Part shown: in pieces, positions 29,322-42,581 of the stretch
How the letters are laid out: every line of letters starts with the position of its first letter
How positions within the stretch are numbered: position 1 is the stretch's first letter
Assembly (NCBI GenBank): GCA_958009085.1
Contig: OY253676.1
Coordinates: 682,001-746,000 of the forward strand
Source: Protoeuglena noctilucae
Taxonomy: Eukaryota
Direction: 5' to 3'
Length of the DNA stretch: 64,000 bases
The notes under the pieces: model-generated
Databases searched by the model: none
What the model saw: only the letters and a program-made list of their open reading frames with translations
What the model was told of the DNA's origin: nothing
Made by a program: the position numbers and the translations under genes

Positions 29322-31969
29322 ATGGCGGATCGGGGAGAGATCATAACCGTCAGGCTATGTGGGGCCGTCACGGGGCCCCTCTCGGTACCCGAGGCGAGCA
29401 CTGTGGGACAGCTGCGAGAACGGATACGGGCGATTGTTATCGTTGACAACGAAGCCGAAGTGGGCATCATAGTCTCCGGCAAGAAGCTGACGGATGACGC
29501 ACAGCTGCTCCACGAGGTGAGCTGCAGTACAGTCCGTGCTTTACCTGCAGTGCACGGGCCTTGCCGAGTCTCTGAGGCACGATGTCACACAGGTCGGCGT
29601 GCGGGACGGTTCGCGCGTCATGGTGCTCAAGCAGCTGGGGCAGCAGGCGCAGGCCAGCGCGAGGGAGGCCGCGGACCAAGCGGAGCGTCGTGCCGCCAGC
29701 CTCTCGCGTATCCGCGCCGCCGCGGAGGCTCTCTCCCGCCGCGGTGACGGGAGTGCCACTGGCGGCTCAGCCCCCGAGCTCTCCCTGGAGTCGCAGAGCG
29801 GCCAGCGCCTGCAGCTCCCGCCAGGTGCCATGACATGACCGCGGTGGGTATGCCTGCCCCCAGTCTGGCAGCCCGCAGCCATGCAAATGCGGACCCCTCT
29901 CTTCCATCGCAGAGGACCGCGAGGCTCTGGTTCTGGGCCTGCTGCTCTTCAGCCAGGGGCAAGCGGCCGCAGAGGGAGGGGAGTGGACACGCACGGCGGA
30001 GATGTTCACGATGTCGCTCGAGAGCTTCGACCTATGTCGATCGGACCTCGTGCATTCCGTGGACAACCCCGCACTCGCGGCCCTGGCCCTCGCCTGGTGT
30101 TACTTCCGCCTCCGCGACGCCGCGAGGCTGGCAGAGGCCTCGGCCCTCCTCACCCGCGCACGCGCGGGGCTGGAGAGGGCGCACGGGCGCGAGGGCAGCC
30201 GGGCCGCAGCGCTCGTCGCCGCCAGTGGGGCAAGCCCCGACTTCAGCGCCCCCGTGCGGACGCGACTGGACCTCTTGGAGGGGGTTGTGGCATATCACCA
30301 GGCAAGTGAGATGACGAGGATGAAGCTCTGAGACGACAAGTTCGTAGCTGCTGCTTCAATTGCGTCCGTGAACGTGCTCTGTCTCTGCTGGAGAATCGCG
30401 GATGCGGGCAACCTGGTTGGCCTCACTACCAGAGCTACGTACCACGACGACCTGCTCTGGTATGTGCAGGGCCGGCACACAGAGGCAAGGGAGCTCCTGC
30501 TTCGAGCAAAGGCCCTCGCCGAGCGGCTGCAAGTCAAGGACGAGCCTTTGGGGGAGGTCATGGCCGTAGGCGCCACGGCTGCCGAAGCACGTCAGGCCTT
30601 GGTGCTGTGTGGCGGTGAGTCATGCATTAGGATCGTGCTCTGTGAATGTCCTACCCCCTCGGTGCTTCCTGCATGGCACCGACTCGCTGAGTGACCATTC
30701 TTCCATCACCCTCTGCTGTGCTGATTGAGAGCCATGGTTGAGTCAGCCTCGTGGCCCTGTGCGCATGCAGGGTCGCCGCCCGCAGCCATCGCTTTCCTGG
30801 TGGAGCAGGCGGAGTTGAGGACGCGGGAGGCGGAGCAACGGCGCCGGCGGCAGCGACACTGGCGGGAGCAGCAGCGCTACGGGCGCAGCGCGGGAGGCGT
30901 GTTGCCTGCCATGGATGTCCTGGAGACGCTGGCCGGCATGGGCTTCCCGAGGGCCATCGTGGCTGAGGCGCTCAAGGTGAGTAACAGTGGGTGAATGGGC
31001 GGGAATGGGTAGTTGAGACATGTTGTGGTGCGGCAGGCGAAGGGTGAGATGGACCCCATGCAACCCACACCGCATGCGACCCAGTGCCCTCTTCACAACG
31101 TCAATCGTGGCCCACGCAGCAAGCGGAGAACAATCACCAGGTGGCCATGGACCTTTTGGTGAACGAGCATGCTCGCGAGGAGCTGGCGAGGAGGGCGGAG
31201 AGGCGAGCTGCCAAGGTGGCACAGGCGCAGGCCAAGCGAAGGAGGGCGAGGGCGTCCGGCACGCGACAGGGTGCCAGGGGCGCGGACCGGGGCGGAGAGG
31301 CCAGCTCATCGAACTCGCAAGAAGCTCCCACGGGGTCCGTCACCGCAGGTGAAGCGGAAGTGGGGTGGCATGCGTCGCTGTAGTGTCGCTGGGCATGCTA
31401 GCCCAGACTATGATGGCATACGGATCCTGCCTGTGACGAGTCGCATGTCACGCTATTGTTGCTGCTCGTCACGCTGTCGTTTCTCACGTGCCACGCTGTC
31501 CGTCCTGCCTCCATCTGCAGCTATGGAGAGCGTTGACCAGGTGGCCCTCGCCATCGTCATGTCGAGTGGCTTTGGGCGCTACTACGCGGCCCATGCGCTG
31601 TCGCGTGTGGGTGGCACGGCGGGCGATGTGGACGCGGCGCAGCAGCTGCTGTCGCGGTGGCAGGCGGCGGGGTGCGACGTCTCGTGGGACGGGGAGGAGG
31701 CGCCGGGCGCAGCGGGCGGGGGTGATGCGGGTGGGAGTGCGGTGGGTGAGGGAGAGGAGGGGCTGGCCAGTGATGGGAACGACGAGACGAGCGGTGAGGA
31801 CGAGAGGGGACAGGAGCGGGAGAGGGATGCGGAGATGGAGGCCGAGTTGGCGTCCCGGCTCTCTAGCACGATGCCTGGGGGTTTCGACGACTATGTGGGT
31901 GACATGTCAACGGAGTGGGAGGCGATCCAGGAGTATTTGGGAATGCTAGGAGATGCTGAGGAACAGTGA
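29322..31969 (+). CDS. NUB1: NEDD8 ultimate buster 1 (UBL plus UBA domains)
   Basis: N-terminal UBL (IIVSGKKLTDD..VGVRDGSRVMVL), VDNPALAALALAWCYF, RLDLLEGVVAYH, and UBA motifs (LAGMGFPRAIVAEALKQAENNHQVAMDLL). 6 introns, one GC-AG. Confidence 0.85.
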
Positions 31970-32183
31970 GTCTTACGATTGTGGACGAGAGGGCAGCTGC
32001 TGAGCAGAGGCGGCGTGTGTGTTAACATATCAATGGCACCTCACAGTGGGGTTGCAGCCGCATTGTCAAGTGGCATGCATATTTTCAACTTGTCTTGTAG
32101 TTAAGCAGCACACGGCGACGCATCTGAGGCGTGGCAGGCACGGCTAACTCCCTTGAAGATAAATCATCACCCACCGCACCCGT

Positions 32184-35100
32184 TCACGCGCCACCCCACT
32201 CCTCGGACCCCACGACCACGCCATCCCCGCCCAGCCCAGCCGGGACCAAGTCATCCAAGTCGCTGCCCTGTGCCTGGCAGACCCGGACCTCCCTCACACC
32301 CCACGGCGACCCCCAAGCATCCGACCCCGCATCCACCCCCACCGCGCCCTGCCACCCCACCGGGACGGGCGGCAGGGGCGCCGCGGCTCCCAGGCTCGCC
32401 AGCCGGTCCTCGATGGCAGCACGCCGCGCGTAGATGGCGTTCACGCGTGCCAGCATCGGCTGCAGCTCCGCGTCCAACGCCTGCGGGGACGGCGTAGTTG
32501 CGTAACTGAGGAATGACCCAGACGAAAAGGCGAGGCAAGAGTTGCACCGCTACTTGCATAACTTACCACCTAAACAACACGTATCTCTCAATACCATCGT
32601 GCGGCTCACCTCCAGCTCAGCCTTGAGGCGACCCTCCTCTGCCGCTCTCTCCGCCGCCTCCGCGCCCCCCGCACCCGACGCCTCCAGACCCCCACCCACG
32701 TCAAGCGCCACTGGCGTGTCTGCTGCCGCAGTCTGTGACACTCCTGGTGCCAACCCCACGTCCTTGCCCCCGCCCGGACCGACACTCTCCCGACCGACCC
32801 CAACCCCACAGCCCTCGACCCTGCCCATTGACGGCCCCTGCGCAAACCCCTCCGCGCCCTCCCTAGAAGGTATCGTTCCCATAACAGCTGCGCCACCCAA
32901 CACCGCCCGAGCCCCGCTCATCCTGCTCTGCCGCAGCGCCAGTGCAGCCGCCCTCTTGGCCTCCACTAGCTGCCTCTGCTCCTCCGTCAGCCCGGAGACG
33001 GACGAAGGTGCGCTCACAGGGCCCTCGTCGCACCTCGCCTGGCTGTCGCGCCCCTGCCCTGGCCCTGCGACATCGCCTGCAGTCCCACCTTGGGTCGCCC
33101 CACCCTCTCCCTCCCCGCAGCCGCCCTTTGTCAAACCCATCGCCCCACCCTCCCCAGCGCCGTCCTTCGTCACACCCTCCACCCCACCCTCGTCACCCAC
33201 CGCCCCCAGGTCGCCCGCACTCCCCTGCCATGCCAGCAGCCCCGGGCGGACCGGGCCATCCTCAGCCGCTCGCGTCGCTTGAGACGAAAGCAACGTGGTG
33301 TTAAGCCCAGGACGACTCCACACGTTCTGCAGAGTCGCCTCTTGGCCTCTTAAGCACCCGACACCCTCCCACGGTCCCCTGCTCTGTGCGGCCCCTGGCA
33401 GGGGCATGGTCGGGACATTGCAAGCCGCGCGCCCAGCAGCGCCCGTTGACGCAGCCCCTGCAGCATCCGGGCCTGGTGCTGTGCGCCCAGGAGAGAAGGC
33501 AGCTGCCCCTATCGATGCGCCCCTATCTATGGCCAAGCGTCCGTTGTCCGGCATCGCAGATGCAACCCCTGAAAGGCCCTGCGAGTAACCCAGCTCATCG
33601 CCCTCGCCCGTCTCTGGCGACCGCATCGCCAACGGGCGGCACCCAAAATCAACTCCACACGCCGCAACCAGCATCAAATCCTCCTCCTCCTCCTCCCCCA
33701 CCATCCCGAAACCCTGCTTGTCCACCCCCTGCTTCTCAACACCCGTCCCCATCGCATCCGGAGCCGCATTGACATACCCCATCCCCGCTACCCCATCGTG
33801 CACTGCAGCTGCATGGACCATCAGCGCAGGCGCGGCCCCGTGATGGGCGAGGGTCGGTCCCCCGCCCCGCGCCCTGTCGGACCCCACCGCACCCCCACTC
33901 CATGACCTCTCTGCGGCATCCATCAAAAGCGCCTCCAACTCTGCCAAATCATCCACAGGCCGAGGCCCAGCCGCAGCTACCGTCGCCCCCTTCACCTCGT
34001 CACCACCTCGGCCCGGCTTGCCGCAACCGGGCGTTGCTGATACCCCACCACCCACATCCCCACTCGCGGGCTCCAACTGCAGCCGACCAAGCCCCTGCCC
34101 TAGCCCACCATCACCAATCGCAGGCGCCACTTCGCCTCGCACACCAAGGCCACCCGTCACCGCTCTCTCTGCCACCACCAGGCCCCCCACATGCGAGTCC
34201 CTCGCTCCCCCCAGCGCCACTGCCTTCGTAGCACCCGACTCGAGTTCCAGCCCCGCCCTCATAGGCGAGGGGGTCTCAGGTGTCAATGGCAAGTCCATCA
34301 CATACCCCGCACCCACGGGATGGCCCCTTAAAGACTGGGGCGTGTGCGATGCCAAGTCCCAAAGTCTTCCAACTGGGCCCGGCGTCGCCATCGCAGGCCT
34401 CCTGTCCCGACGGTCGACGTGCTCACCCACGCCCTGTGGGGTTGGTGTGGGCTGCCCCGGGTGAGCTAGGGCATGGCCCATGGCCGTCGCCTCCCGTTGC
34501 GCTGCGTCGGGCAGTCCGCCCGACTGCGCACGCGGCCCTGCGACGTCGAGCCCTGCGCTCGCGCGTGCCTGGTGAGCGGGCCCGAGGAGGGACGTGGCGG
34601 CGGTGGATGGGCCTGGGAAGGAGCCGGGTGTCTTGATGGGCGGGCAGTGGGCCAAGCGGTGGTCGCGGTGCTGGCGCTTGCGGGCGGGGGAAGCTTCGAC
34701 CGACGAGGGCCCCGCGGATCCCTCACAGCTGCCTCGCCGCTGGGGTGACCCGTGCAGGGGCGACCCATCTGGAATGGGCTGCGTGGGAGGCGGCGTGGCC
34801 TGCGCACTCGGTGCGGCCTCGTGGCACCTGCCCCCGTGCGGGAAGGCAGGCGCGGATGGGCCGCGGACGATCACGCAGTCGTCGGCGAACTCGTTATCTG
34901 CGGGGTTTGGCGAGAGGCGGCGGCCTGCAGGGTCGGGGGTGCCCGGTGGGAGCGACGCCTGCGGGGTCAGCTGAGTCAGCTGCCGGAAACGGGCGATCAC
35001 GGGGGCCTGCGGGACAGGGCGAGGGGCAGGTGGGTCAGCGCAGTGCAAGGAACGCCCCAACTGTGCAGTGAGAGGGATGGCCCTCGCGCAGTGCATTTAG

Positions 35101-36362
35101 TGCCGGCGCTGCCCATCTCACCTGCGTCCACTGCATCTCCCCCATCGCCTCCTCATCCACCGCTTCCCACCCCATGCCATCGTCGCCCATTCCGGCCTCT
35201 GCCCCCACCCCCTCGCCACCGCACACGTCCCCCCAAGCCTCATCCTCTATCGCACCCACCGAGTCGTCACGCTCCACAACATCGTCGCCAATCGCTTCAT
35301 CCACCCCCACGCCACCATCCAACTCCTCCACCGCCACGCTGCCCTCAAGAGCCCCCGTTACACCCCCGCCGCCATCGTAGCCGTGATGATAGTCGCCTGC
35401 CTCCGGTGTTGCAGAAGGCCCCGAGGGACCCCCCGCGCTCGCCGATATCGCCGCCTCTGCTCCCCGAAAGCGGAAGGCTTCTAGCGGCACTGGGGGGCCT
35501 TGGCGAGCCGCACCACTGCCACCATTGCCACCATCGCTGCTTACAGACCCGGACCCTCGGGACACCGCCGGTCGCCTCAGTTGCGCTGTCCAGTCCACGC
35601 CCGCGGACTCGAGGTACGCGCGCAGCGTCCTGGCATAGTGCTGCACCGTGCGGCGAGGCCCCAGCCGCAGCCCGGCTTGCTGGAGCTGCGAGCGACCAGC
35701 GAGATGAACCACTCTGACCATAACAACGATGCAATCTTTGTATAGATGACATATAGCATGGCATGAGAAGATGATTGCGACATCTAACCGACGGTGCGAC
35801 GTCGCGGTGCCATTCTTCCACCCGACACCGCACCTGCACCTCGCTGTAGCAAAGGAGGTCGGGCGTGGTGACGCCCTGCCCGGCCAGGGCCGCTTCGTAC
35901 CGCGCCAGTCCGATCTCACGCAAGAACTGGGCCAGAGAGGGTATCGCCGGCGGCTTGCTGAGAGGACGAAGAGGCGCGATGGGTTGGAGATGGGTTGAGC
36001 AGGGCCAAAGCACGCGCGTGTTGCAGAGCGTGGCTGCACCTGGAGCCCGGCGCGACCGCCCCCGGAAGAAGCGTCTGAACTAAGGATCCGCGAGCATGCG
36101 GAGCCGACTGCAGAGCCTGCGCCGATGGCGGCGGGGGGCCCCCCCAGGGGCGCGAACCATGCTTGGTGAAGTTGTGGGAGCCCCGGTGGGGCCCAGCACC
36201 CGGCGCTTGGGCCCCCCAACCTGCGAACGTGTTGGGGTTCAGAGGGGCGACATCCACCGCCGCCGATTCCCTGCGAGGAAGGCAGGTTGGGGGGCGAAGT
36301 GTGCAAGGCAAAGCGCGGTCGCGCCTGTCGCGCGGGGCTCGCCTCGGGCAAACCCACCTCAT
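32184..36362 (-). CDS. SAM-domain protein with long low-complexity region and C-terminal coiled coil
   Basis: Spliced SLAQFLREIGLARYEAALAGQGV..LQQAGLRLGPRRTV fits a SAM domain. A 2.5-kb Gly/Ala/Pro-rich exon follows, with LTEEQRQLVEAKRAAALALRQ. Start inferred. Confidence 0.6.
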
Positions 36363-36765
36363 GGTTAGGGCAGTAAGGACATGCCTCGGCAGGATGCGAC
36401 TCGTCTTGCAAGCCGATTTGCAACCAATGCGCCGAAGCTGCCCAGCGTGCCTAGCACCGTGTGCTGCACTCCAGCGCAGCCCGCGGGCGGAACCCAGCAG
36501 CGCCTGCGGTGTTCCCCCCGATCAATTGGCACGAGTAGCGCATGGGGGCACGGAAACCAAAAGCCGAACCAATTTGTCTGACGCATGAAACGACCGAGCC
36601 GCGGGACCAGCTCCGCGGGGGGCGTCTCCCAGAGGACCACACGGCTCTTCTCGGCACATGCGTTAATCCGCCCGCCGTGGCCCGCTATCGAGTCCGAGCC
36701 CACGCAGTGACAGCAAAAGGGGTTCTGCGGCATCGCCGGGGGGTGGTCGCCGCGGGAGCGGGACC

Positions 36766-38533
36766 ATGGAAGACGATGGATACGATAGGACGGATGCGGA
36801 GGACTCGCTGGAGGCCCTCTTCGCGGAGCTGAACGGGATGCTCATGGTGCGGAGCTACCCTGCAGTGCCGCGCTGACGGCTCCGGGGCGTCCCCGGGCAC
36901 TCTTGGGAGCCAGCTACGGCGTTCGTCCTCCTGCATGTCAAACCAGGCTGCCGAGCGCCGATGGCGCCCACGCGCGAGGACGCGCCCGTGTTTTGTTCGG
37001 CACGTTAAACTCCTCGCCGCTCCCTGGCGCAGGGGGCGAACGACTCGTCACGAGATCTCGCCGAGCAGGAGGAAATCGTCCATACGTCAACAGCAAAGCT
37101 CCAGGTGGGCGCGGGTGGGCCGTTTCCGCACTCTCGTGGCCTTTCCGCGTGCGCTCTGGCCTTCCAGCGTCTCGTCCCTTGTCCAGGCCCCGGCGCGATG
37201 CTATGCGCGCTTGTTCAGCGGCAGTTGGTTTTCCCGGCAACCTGGGGCCATTCGATTCGCACGTAGCGCAGCAGGCGCGGCCGTGCGCACCCGACGTCGC
37301 TCGGCTAGCGTCCGGCCCGCCACGCGCGACGCTGACCGGCGCGCCGTGTCCGCAGGAGGCCAAGGGGCTCGTGAAGGAGTTTGAGAAGGCGGCGAACTTC
37401 CAGGGCCGGCCTCCCCAGGCCGTGGCCAATCGGAAGAAGGAGCTGGTTTCCAAGCTCAACACGCTCGTCATGCTCAATCGGGACCTGAAGAAGAACGTGC
37501 AGCAGCGAAAAGAACTCATGGGTGAGTTGACATGCGCGAGCCGCGGCAGGGGCGCTGCAGGGTGTCGGAGATACGTTCGACTTATGCATGAGTGTCTTTT
37601 TGTTACTACGCAGCGGCCAAGGAGCCCGGCCCGAGCAACGCGGGGAACGGCGGAGGCGGCGGGGGTATCTGGGGCTGGTTTGGCGGGCGGCAAGAGGAGC
37701 AGTTCGTGGACTTGGAGAACGCCGAGGCTGTGGCGGGGGCGAACAACAAGCAGCTGATGGATGCGGGCCGGAACATGTTCAACAAGGACATCGACGTGAG
37801 GAGCGGCTGCTTCGAGTGCTGCTGACGGTGCCGACGAGTGCGGAGCCAGTGTTGCAGAAGTGCAGGACGCTTGTGTGCTTGCAGAAGCTGCGAGGGATGG
37901 AGCGGTTAGTCGAGGACACCAAGCAAGTGGGAACGACGACCCTGGCGACGCTGCAACAGCAGACGGAGCAAATGGAGAACATGGTGAACGACCTGGACGA
38001 CATCCACTTCAACCTCAAGGCAAGCGAGCTTGCTAAGGGGTCGTGTGCATGTGCGTGCAAGATGACATGTGCAGTCTCGCTTGCGTCGGATCCCGGCATC
38101 CTGCATGGGCGTGCTAGTTTGCGGCGATGGTCACCTGCACCCTTTGCGCCTGGCCTGGTGGACCAAAGCGCCGCCCCATGCCCCCTCCGCCCCGCAGAAG
38201 GCATCGCAGATGATTCGGGATCTGATGAAGGGCTTTGCCACCGACAAGTGCATCATGCTCATGATGGCCGTCATCGTATGTTTGATTGTCACCCTCATCA
38301 TCCTGAAATACACGAGTGAGCCCGCGGGGGGTCACGCGCCGGCTGGCGTGTCTATGAGTGGCAAGCTTAGAATCAAACAAACGCATTTGCCGGTGTCCGC
38401 AGAGGTCCTGGGCAAGAAGTCCGTCAACATCCCGACTATCGGCCCCACCCCCGCCCCCGCGACGCCCGCCGCGACGCCAAAAGCGCGCAAGCTGTTGACG
38501 TCGCCCTTGTTGATGGAGTCCTATTTTGCATAG
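36766..38533 (+). CDS. NPSN: Novel plant SNARE (Qb-SNARE)
   Basis: EAKGLVKEFEK..RKKELVSKLN, SNARE helix VEDTKQVGTTTLATLQQQTEQMENMVNDLDDIHFNLKKASQMIRD, ATDKC followed by a TM segment, and a luminal ..RKLL tail. 6 introns, one GC-AG. Confidence 0.9.
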
Positions 38534-38834
38534 ACGTCTGTGGCCCGTGCACGTAGCCAAAGGCCGCACTAGGGCCTCTCTGCAACGCCGTCGGTGTGGG
38601 CCCGCTGTGGCTTGAAGTGTCTCACTCTCAGTTAAAGGTGCTTGTCAGATGGGACGTGGCCTTGAGTGCCCTGCGGAGCTTGCAGCTGACCGTAGTGCGC
38701 AGGGAGGGGTGGGGATGACGAGGGTATACCTCTCGAGGCCCTCTGGCGACCGGTCGCCCTGCCAGTGTGCTCATGGAAGAGCTGCAGTTGACAGCTGCAT
38801 TCCCTGGCAGGCCTGTCAGCCAGCGATTGACACG

Positions 38835-40537
38835 ATGAATGCGACGGAGCGAATGGACCGGGGAGAGGGAACCACGGGGAGGGAAGGGGATGTCGTCCTC
38901 GAGTCACCGTCGCGATATTGGCGCGTGATCCGCATCAACCGGCCAGAAGCGCTCAATGCATTGACGACAAGCATTTTGAGAGCCGCACGCGGTGTGTACG
39001 ATGAGCTTGAAGCCGTTGAGTGCGGCGCTGTCCTGCTCGAGGGCGCCGGGTGAGTGCGGAGCTGCCGCGCTTCGTCTGCAGTGACTCGTCCCTTGATACT
39101 GGCGCCCTCATACATATCGCCTTCCCCGCTATGCTTTCCGCTCAGTGGCCGGGCCCTCTGCGCCGGGGGCGACGTGCGGGCCCTGGCGCAAGGGGCGCAG
39201 TCCCTGCAAAGCCGTTCTGCGACGCCGGATGTCGAGCTCACGCCGGGGATGCTCGAAGCGTGCGAGTTTTTCACCACAGAGGTGCGAGAAGCTATGGCAG
39301 CAGGGGTCTACGTCATGGGAGGGTGCAGGGATGCGCTGCGACCCGCCAAGGTCCAGCCACCCTCCTGCTCCAGCCTTTGGACGGGGAGCGTCCTTTCATG
39401 CAAGCTGCCCCACCCTATGCACTGCAGTACGAAGTGGACTTCGACCTGTCTCAGTCCCGGGTGCCGCAAGTGGCGATGCTCGACGGCCTCGTGATGGGGG
39501 GCGGCGTCGGCATCTCCATACACGGCTGCTTTCGGGTGGCGACGGAGAGGACCGTGTGGGCCATGCCCGAGGTAAAGATCGGGCTCTTCCCCGACATCGG
39601 TGCGTCGTACTTCATGTCTCGCATGCCCGACGAGATCGGCACGTACCTGGGCATGACGGGCCGGAGCGTCAACGGCAGGGATGCCCTGGGCCTCGGCATC
39701 GCGACCCACTTCGTCCCCTCCGCCATGCTGCCGGCGCTGAGGGAGAAGCTCTTTGCCCTGCCACGGCCGACCAAGGACGCGATTGCCGGTGTTCTTGATG
39801 ACGCACAGCGGGTGACGCGCTGCTGCTTCCCTGCGACAGCGCCGACGGCTCTCTTTGTAAGGCTCACCGAGCACCCATGTCACCAGTCGTTGTCTTTCCG
39901 CCGATGCAGGCGGGTGAGGCGGTGCTGCGGGGTGTCTCTGGGTCCCTGCCGGCACCTCGGCAAGTAGCAGAGGTGTTTTCTGGCGAAAGCGTGGCGGCCA
40001 TCGTCGGGCGGCTGGTGGACCGTGCGGCATTGGGGGCGGAGTGGGCGCAGGAGGCGGTGCGGATGGTGCAGGCCGCGAGCCCCACTGCCGTGTACCTGAC
40101 GCTGCGTCTCTTGCGGGTCGGAGGGCGCCTGGGCAGCTTGCGCGAGTGCCTGCAGGTCGAGTGGCACATGGCCTGCCACTGCCTCATGCACCCCGCGAGC
40201 GACTTCCTCGAGGGCGTGGCGGCCGCCTTGCTCAGGTGTGAGGGGTGGCAGCCGTGCCGTGCTCGACTGCAGAGACCCACGACACCCACGTTGGCACACA
40301 ACGCTGCTCTCAGCAAGCCTCTCCTCGTGCTTGCATCGCCGCAGAAAGGACAAGGCCCCTCAATGGAAGATTAGGTGGCCACCTGGGTGTTTTGACGCCA
40401 CGCCCCACAATGACTCCGCATCACCGCAAATGGAGTGCGTGCCAGAGTCGCTGGTGGCATCCTTCTTCGTACCCCTGCGCGCCGACATCACGCGTCCGCG
40501 GTTTTTTCTGACCGACGGGGCTCGCTCGCGCATGTGA
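38835..40537 (+). CDS. 3-hydroxyisobutyryl-CoA hydrolase (crotonase fold), peroxisomal CHY1-like
   Basis: INRPEALNAL, GRALCAGGDV, DGLVMGGGVGIS and AMPEVKIGLFPDIGAS, plus DFLEGV. Ends in SRM*, a canonical plant PTS1. Start approximate. Confidence 0.88.
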
Positions 40538-40638
40538 GCCGCCCTGCCCTGTCGAGGATGGAACGAGACCACCGCCCACGTGCTGATTCTCCGCAACTTC
40601 AACCCTTCCCGCCCCTGACACCCCTACGCCCCGCCCCG

Positions 40639-42581
40639 TCACTCCATGCCCAGCGCGAACTTGCCCATGTTCTTCCGCACCGCGTCCAGGTGAGCGTTGT
40701 GCCTGGCCAGGCCCTGGCTGAGCAGCTCGGACCCTGCGAAGCAAGTGCAAATGGCACCGACCTCACAGCCAACCACCCTGAGCTAGGCGCTAGGTAGAAG
40801 AAGTTGCCGCACACATCTCTCTCCTCCGCAAGCATGCTGCTGCGCACACGCACGCACCCGTGCCCTCACCGCACACGCTCTTCTCGAGCATGGACCGGAA
40901 CGTGGCCTCGTCCAACACTGGCACCGTGTCTTCCCGCAGCTCCACCCGTCGCGCCGCCTCCGCGTCCAAGCGGCGCTCCACCGCGCCCACGCCCTCCCCG
41001 GCACCCGACAGGCCGTCGTTGTACCCCGCGGCGGTCGGCGTGTTGGCCAGTTCCTCCACCACAGACGCGGGCGCCACGATGAAGTCCGCCCCGGCCACCG
41101 CCAGCGCGTCGGCGCGGGATGCGACGCCAGAGACCATGACGCGCGTCCGGGGGTAGAACTTCTTGACGTAGTTGAAGATCTGCGTCGTCAGCGCCAGGCC
41201 CGGGTCCACGGGAGACCGGTAGCCCGAGTCCTCACGGGGCCTGCGGGACGGAGAGGGCGAGTAAGCTGGCAAATGAAGCAATGGCTCCCTCCATGACTGC
41301 CCTGTCAGTGCTTGTTCCATGCGCTCACCCGTAGGGATCCCTGACGACCCCCGGGTGCGTCTGGTACCAGGATCGCGTCCTGCCCATCGACACTTGCAGC
41401 ACCGACACCCCCGCCTGCGCCGCGGCGGCCGCCTGGGGGAAGCTGTACACGAAGATGGCGTGCGTGGCGTAACCCTCCTCCTGCAAGCACGAAAGCAGGA
41501 ACCCATGACTCGGTAGGGTTCCAAACAACCCGCTCATACTGGCAACAGGCGAAAGCAATGCACATGCACACCTCGAGTGCCTTCATGGCCTGGATGCCTG
41601 GCCACGTGGCAGGGATGCGCATCAGCAGGCGGTCCTGCGCGACACCGGCCTGCCGGTAAAGGCGCCCGATGGCCCTGGCGCGCGCCACCACCGCCTGGGT
41701 GTCCCCCGCGAGCCGGGGGTCGATCTCCGTCGAGATGCGGCCCGTCACGGACTGGGCCAGCATCGCCCCGACGTTCACTGCGGGACACGAGCCGGGTGCC
41801 GCGCGCTGTGTGAGCAGGAATCAGCCGGGCCGGGAGGGTCACGTTGAGGGTCACGTCACGTCACGTGACAGGGGTCTCACCGAGGGCCAGGTCGATGCGG
41901 TACGCCTCGAGCGCCGACACGTCGCCGAAGGAGGGGTAGTTGGCGGGCGGCGCCGCGACCTGGAAGGCGTTGGAGATGGCGGACTTGAACGCGCCGGAGA
42001 CGTTCGGGTTGTCGAGGATGTTGAACAGCAAGTCGATTGTCGACGCCGCCGCGGCGTTCTTGGGGCCGTCCTGCGAGGCGTAACAGCAAGGGTTCAAGAC
42101 CCTGTTAGGCGATCTGAGGTGCAGCCGTGCAACTGCACTGCGACGGCAGGTCCCTTGCCTGCATCGTGATCTCGATGGTGTCGGACAGCAGCTGCGACAT
42201 GGAGGTCAGGTCTTCCAGCTCCGAGCCCCCGCCCACGCTGGACGGCGGGACATACTGCGGACAGAGCGACCGGATGACCTTGAGCTCGGATTAGGGACAG
42301 GCTCACCTCAGCGAGCGACGGGCGGGGCAGTTCCCTAGCCCGCGTGCTTCCTCGCCCACCCAACGCTCAAGCCACAATCAGGGGGATCCCCGGCACCGCA
42401 TGTCGAACGCAATCACCTTCTCCGTTCCGTTGGCCGTCGCCTGAGCCCTGGACATCCGCAAACACGTCGCGCGGGGCACGCCTGCCCTGACGTGGCCCAT
42501 GACCCGCGCGGGAGATGCCCCGTCACGGGCCGTCGCCATCGCCGCCCGCAGCGAGGACGACATGGAAGCGATTGACAGCAT
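40639..42581 (-). CDS. Plastid transaldolase-like protein (catalytic Lys replaced)
   Basis: Transit-like N-terminus, VTGRISTEIDPRLA, LLMRIPATWPGIQA, FVYSFPQAAAAAQAGVSV and DPGLAL..IFNY. 6 introns, one GC-AG. Confidence 0.88.

Noticed and set aside
41834..41869. TCACG repeats with a GTCACGTGAC palindrome in a transaldolase intron
   Set aside because: Short slippage-type repeat with no copies recognised elsewhere and no evidence of function.
42088..42104. AGGGTTCAAGACCCT, a tRNA T-arm/B-box-like hairpin
   Set aside because: No D-arm, anticodon arm or acceptor stem can be formed; the upstream sequence is transaldolase exon on the other strand.
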